DNA from: Lentzea pudingi
Lineage (GTDB): Bacteria > Actinomycetota > Actinomycetes > Mycobacteriales > Pseudonocardiaceae
NCBI RefSeq assembly: GCF_014646255.1
Contig: NZ_BMNC01000001.1
Location: 343,366-375,365, forward strand
Direction: 5' to 3'
Length of the DNA: 32,000 nt
The position numbers and the translations under genes were made by a program. Position 1 is the stretch's first letter. Each line of letters begins with the position of its first letter. Shown here piece after piece: positions 31,411 through 32,000 of this stretch. The notes below the pieces were generated by a model that had not been told where the DNA came from, ran no database searches, and worked only from the letters and a program-made list of their open reading frames with translations.

Positions 31411-32000
31411 CCGAAAATCAACGTGTACCTGCCCGATGAGCTCGCCGAATCCGTGAAAGACATGAACATTCCCGTCTCGGCGATCTGCCAGAGAGCCCTC
31501 GAGGGGTCGGTCAAACGGATCGTCGCGATCCGGGCGCTCACCGTCCAGGACCTCAAGCGCGACAACTTCCCCCAGTTCACCGACCGCGCGTGGAAGGCGC
31601 TCCAAATCGCCGCCGAGTGCGCCGAGGGCACCAAGATCGGCACGGCCCACCTCCTGAACGGCATCGTCCGCGAGGGCGGGAACCTGGCGCTGGACGTGCT
31701 GCGCGCGATCGACATCACGCCAGAAGGCGTTCCTTCCTTCATTCCCTGCGACATCGGCCGGAAACCCGGGTTCGCCGACGACGCCGCCGCCGCGCTCGAA
31801 CTCGCGGTCACCGAGTCCATCGCGCTCGGCCACAACTACGTCGGCTGCGAACACCTGCTGCTCGGGATCGTCGCCGAACCGAACGGCAAGGGCGGCGAGG
31901 AACTGCGCGAGCTGGGCGCGGAGATCAAGGCCACGCGCCGGGCGGTCCAGACGGCGCTCGCGGGCATCGTCCACCTCCAGAAGCAGCAGAAGGCCACCCC
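31408..32000 (+). CDS. Ribbon-helix-helix-like N-terminus fused to a Clp_N (Clp R) double-repeat domain; 3' end outside the window
   Basis: My own translation: MPKINVYLPDELAESVKDMNIPVSAICQRALE (RHH-like strand-helix-helix). Then two Clp_N repeats: FTDRAWKALQIAAECAEGTKIGTAHLLNGIVREG and AAAALELAVTESIALGHNYVGCEHLLLGIV. The frame is open to position 32000. Confidence 0.8.
   Translation, partial: MPKINVYLPDELAESVKDMNIPVSAICQRALEGSVKRIVAIRALTVQDLKRDNFPQFTDRAWKALQIAAECAEGTKIGTAHLLNGIVREGGNLALDVLRAIDITPEGVPSFIPCDIGRKPGFADDAAAALELAVTESIALGHNYVGCEHLLLGIVAEPNGKGGEELRELGAEIKATRRAVQTALAGIVHLQKQQKAT

Overview
High-GC (about 70%) actinobacterial chromosomal segment. The gene content suggests Pseudonocardiales, based on calerythrin-like EF-hand proteins, a single-chain multidomain acyl-CoA carboxylase and an XRE/DUF5753 relic; this taxonomic call is inference only. 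I can support about 27 intact CDS, one tRNA, three decayed gene relics, one canonical intrinsic terminator and several regulatory-looking repeats. Left to right: rho (5' truncated by the window edge), a GDH-family dehydrogenase and an SRPBCC protein. Then a minus-strand block of secreted surface protein / EF-hand / GNAT / UvrA-like ATPase / EF-hand, followed by DUF4239, a split XRE-DUF5753 gene, PspC and TetR. Next come an acyl-CoA ligase relic, lnt-ppm1, TspO, DUF4383, a small ABM-like ORF and a large LuxR (LAL) regulator. After those: tRNA-Tyr, a Gmad2-LysM protein, a roughly 1820-aa BC-BCCP-CT carboxylase, a DUF2625 relic, a 5'-nucleotidase and a paired SMR exporter. The window ends with a GH18-ricin chitinase carrying a DasR-type dre site, an SDR, a Ser/Thr kinase and a divergent RHH-Clp_N gene running off the right edge. 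I found no CRISPR array, IS element, transposase, integrase, rRNA or recognisable defence or biosynthetic island. I do not see an unambiguous new system. The three best candidates for follow-up are: (1) the tight EF-hand / GNAT / UvrA2-like / EF-hand operon; (2) the apparently leaderless RHH-Clp_N gene, whose promoter and start codon are covered by three copies of a 10-bp ATGGGGTTAT-type repeat, divergent from a kinase; (3) a Tyr-anticodon tRNA with a tRNA-Sec-like 6-bp D-stem. All homology statements come from motif recognition by eye, not from database searches.
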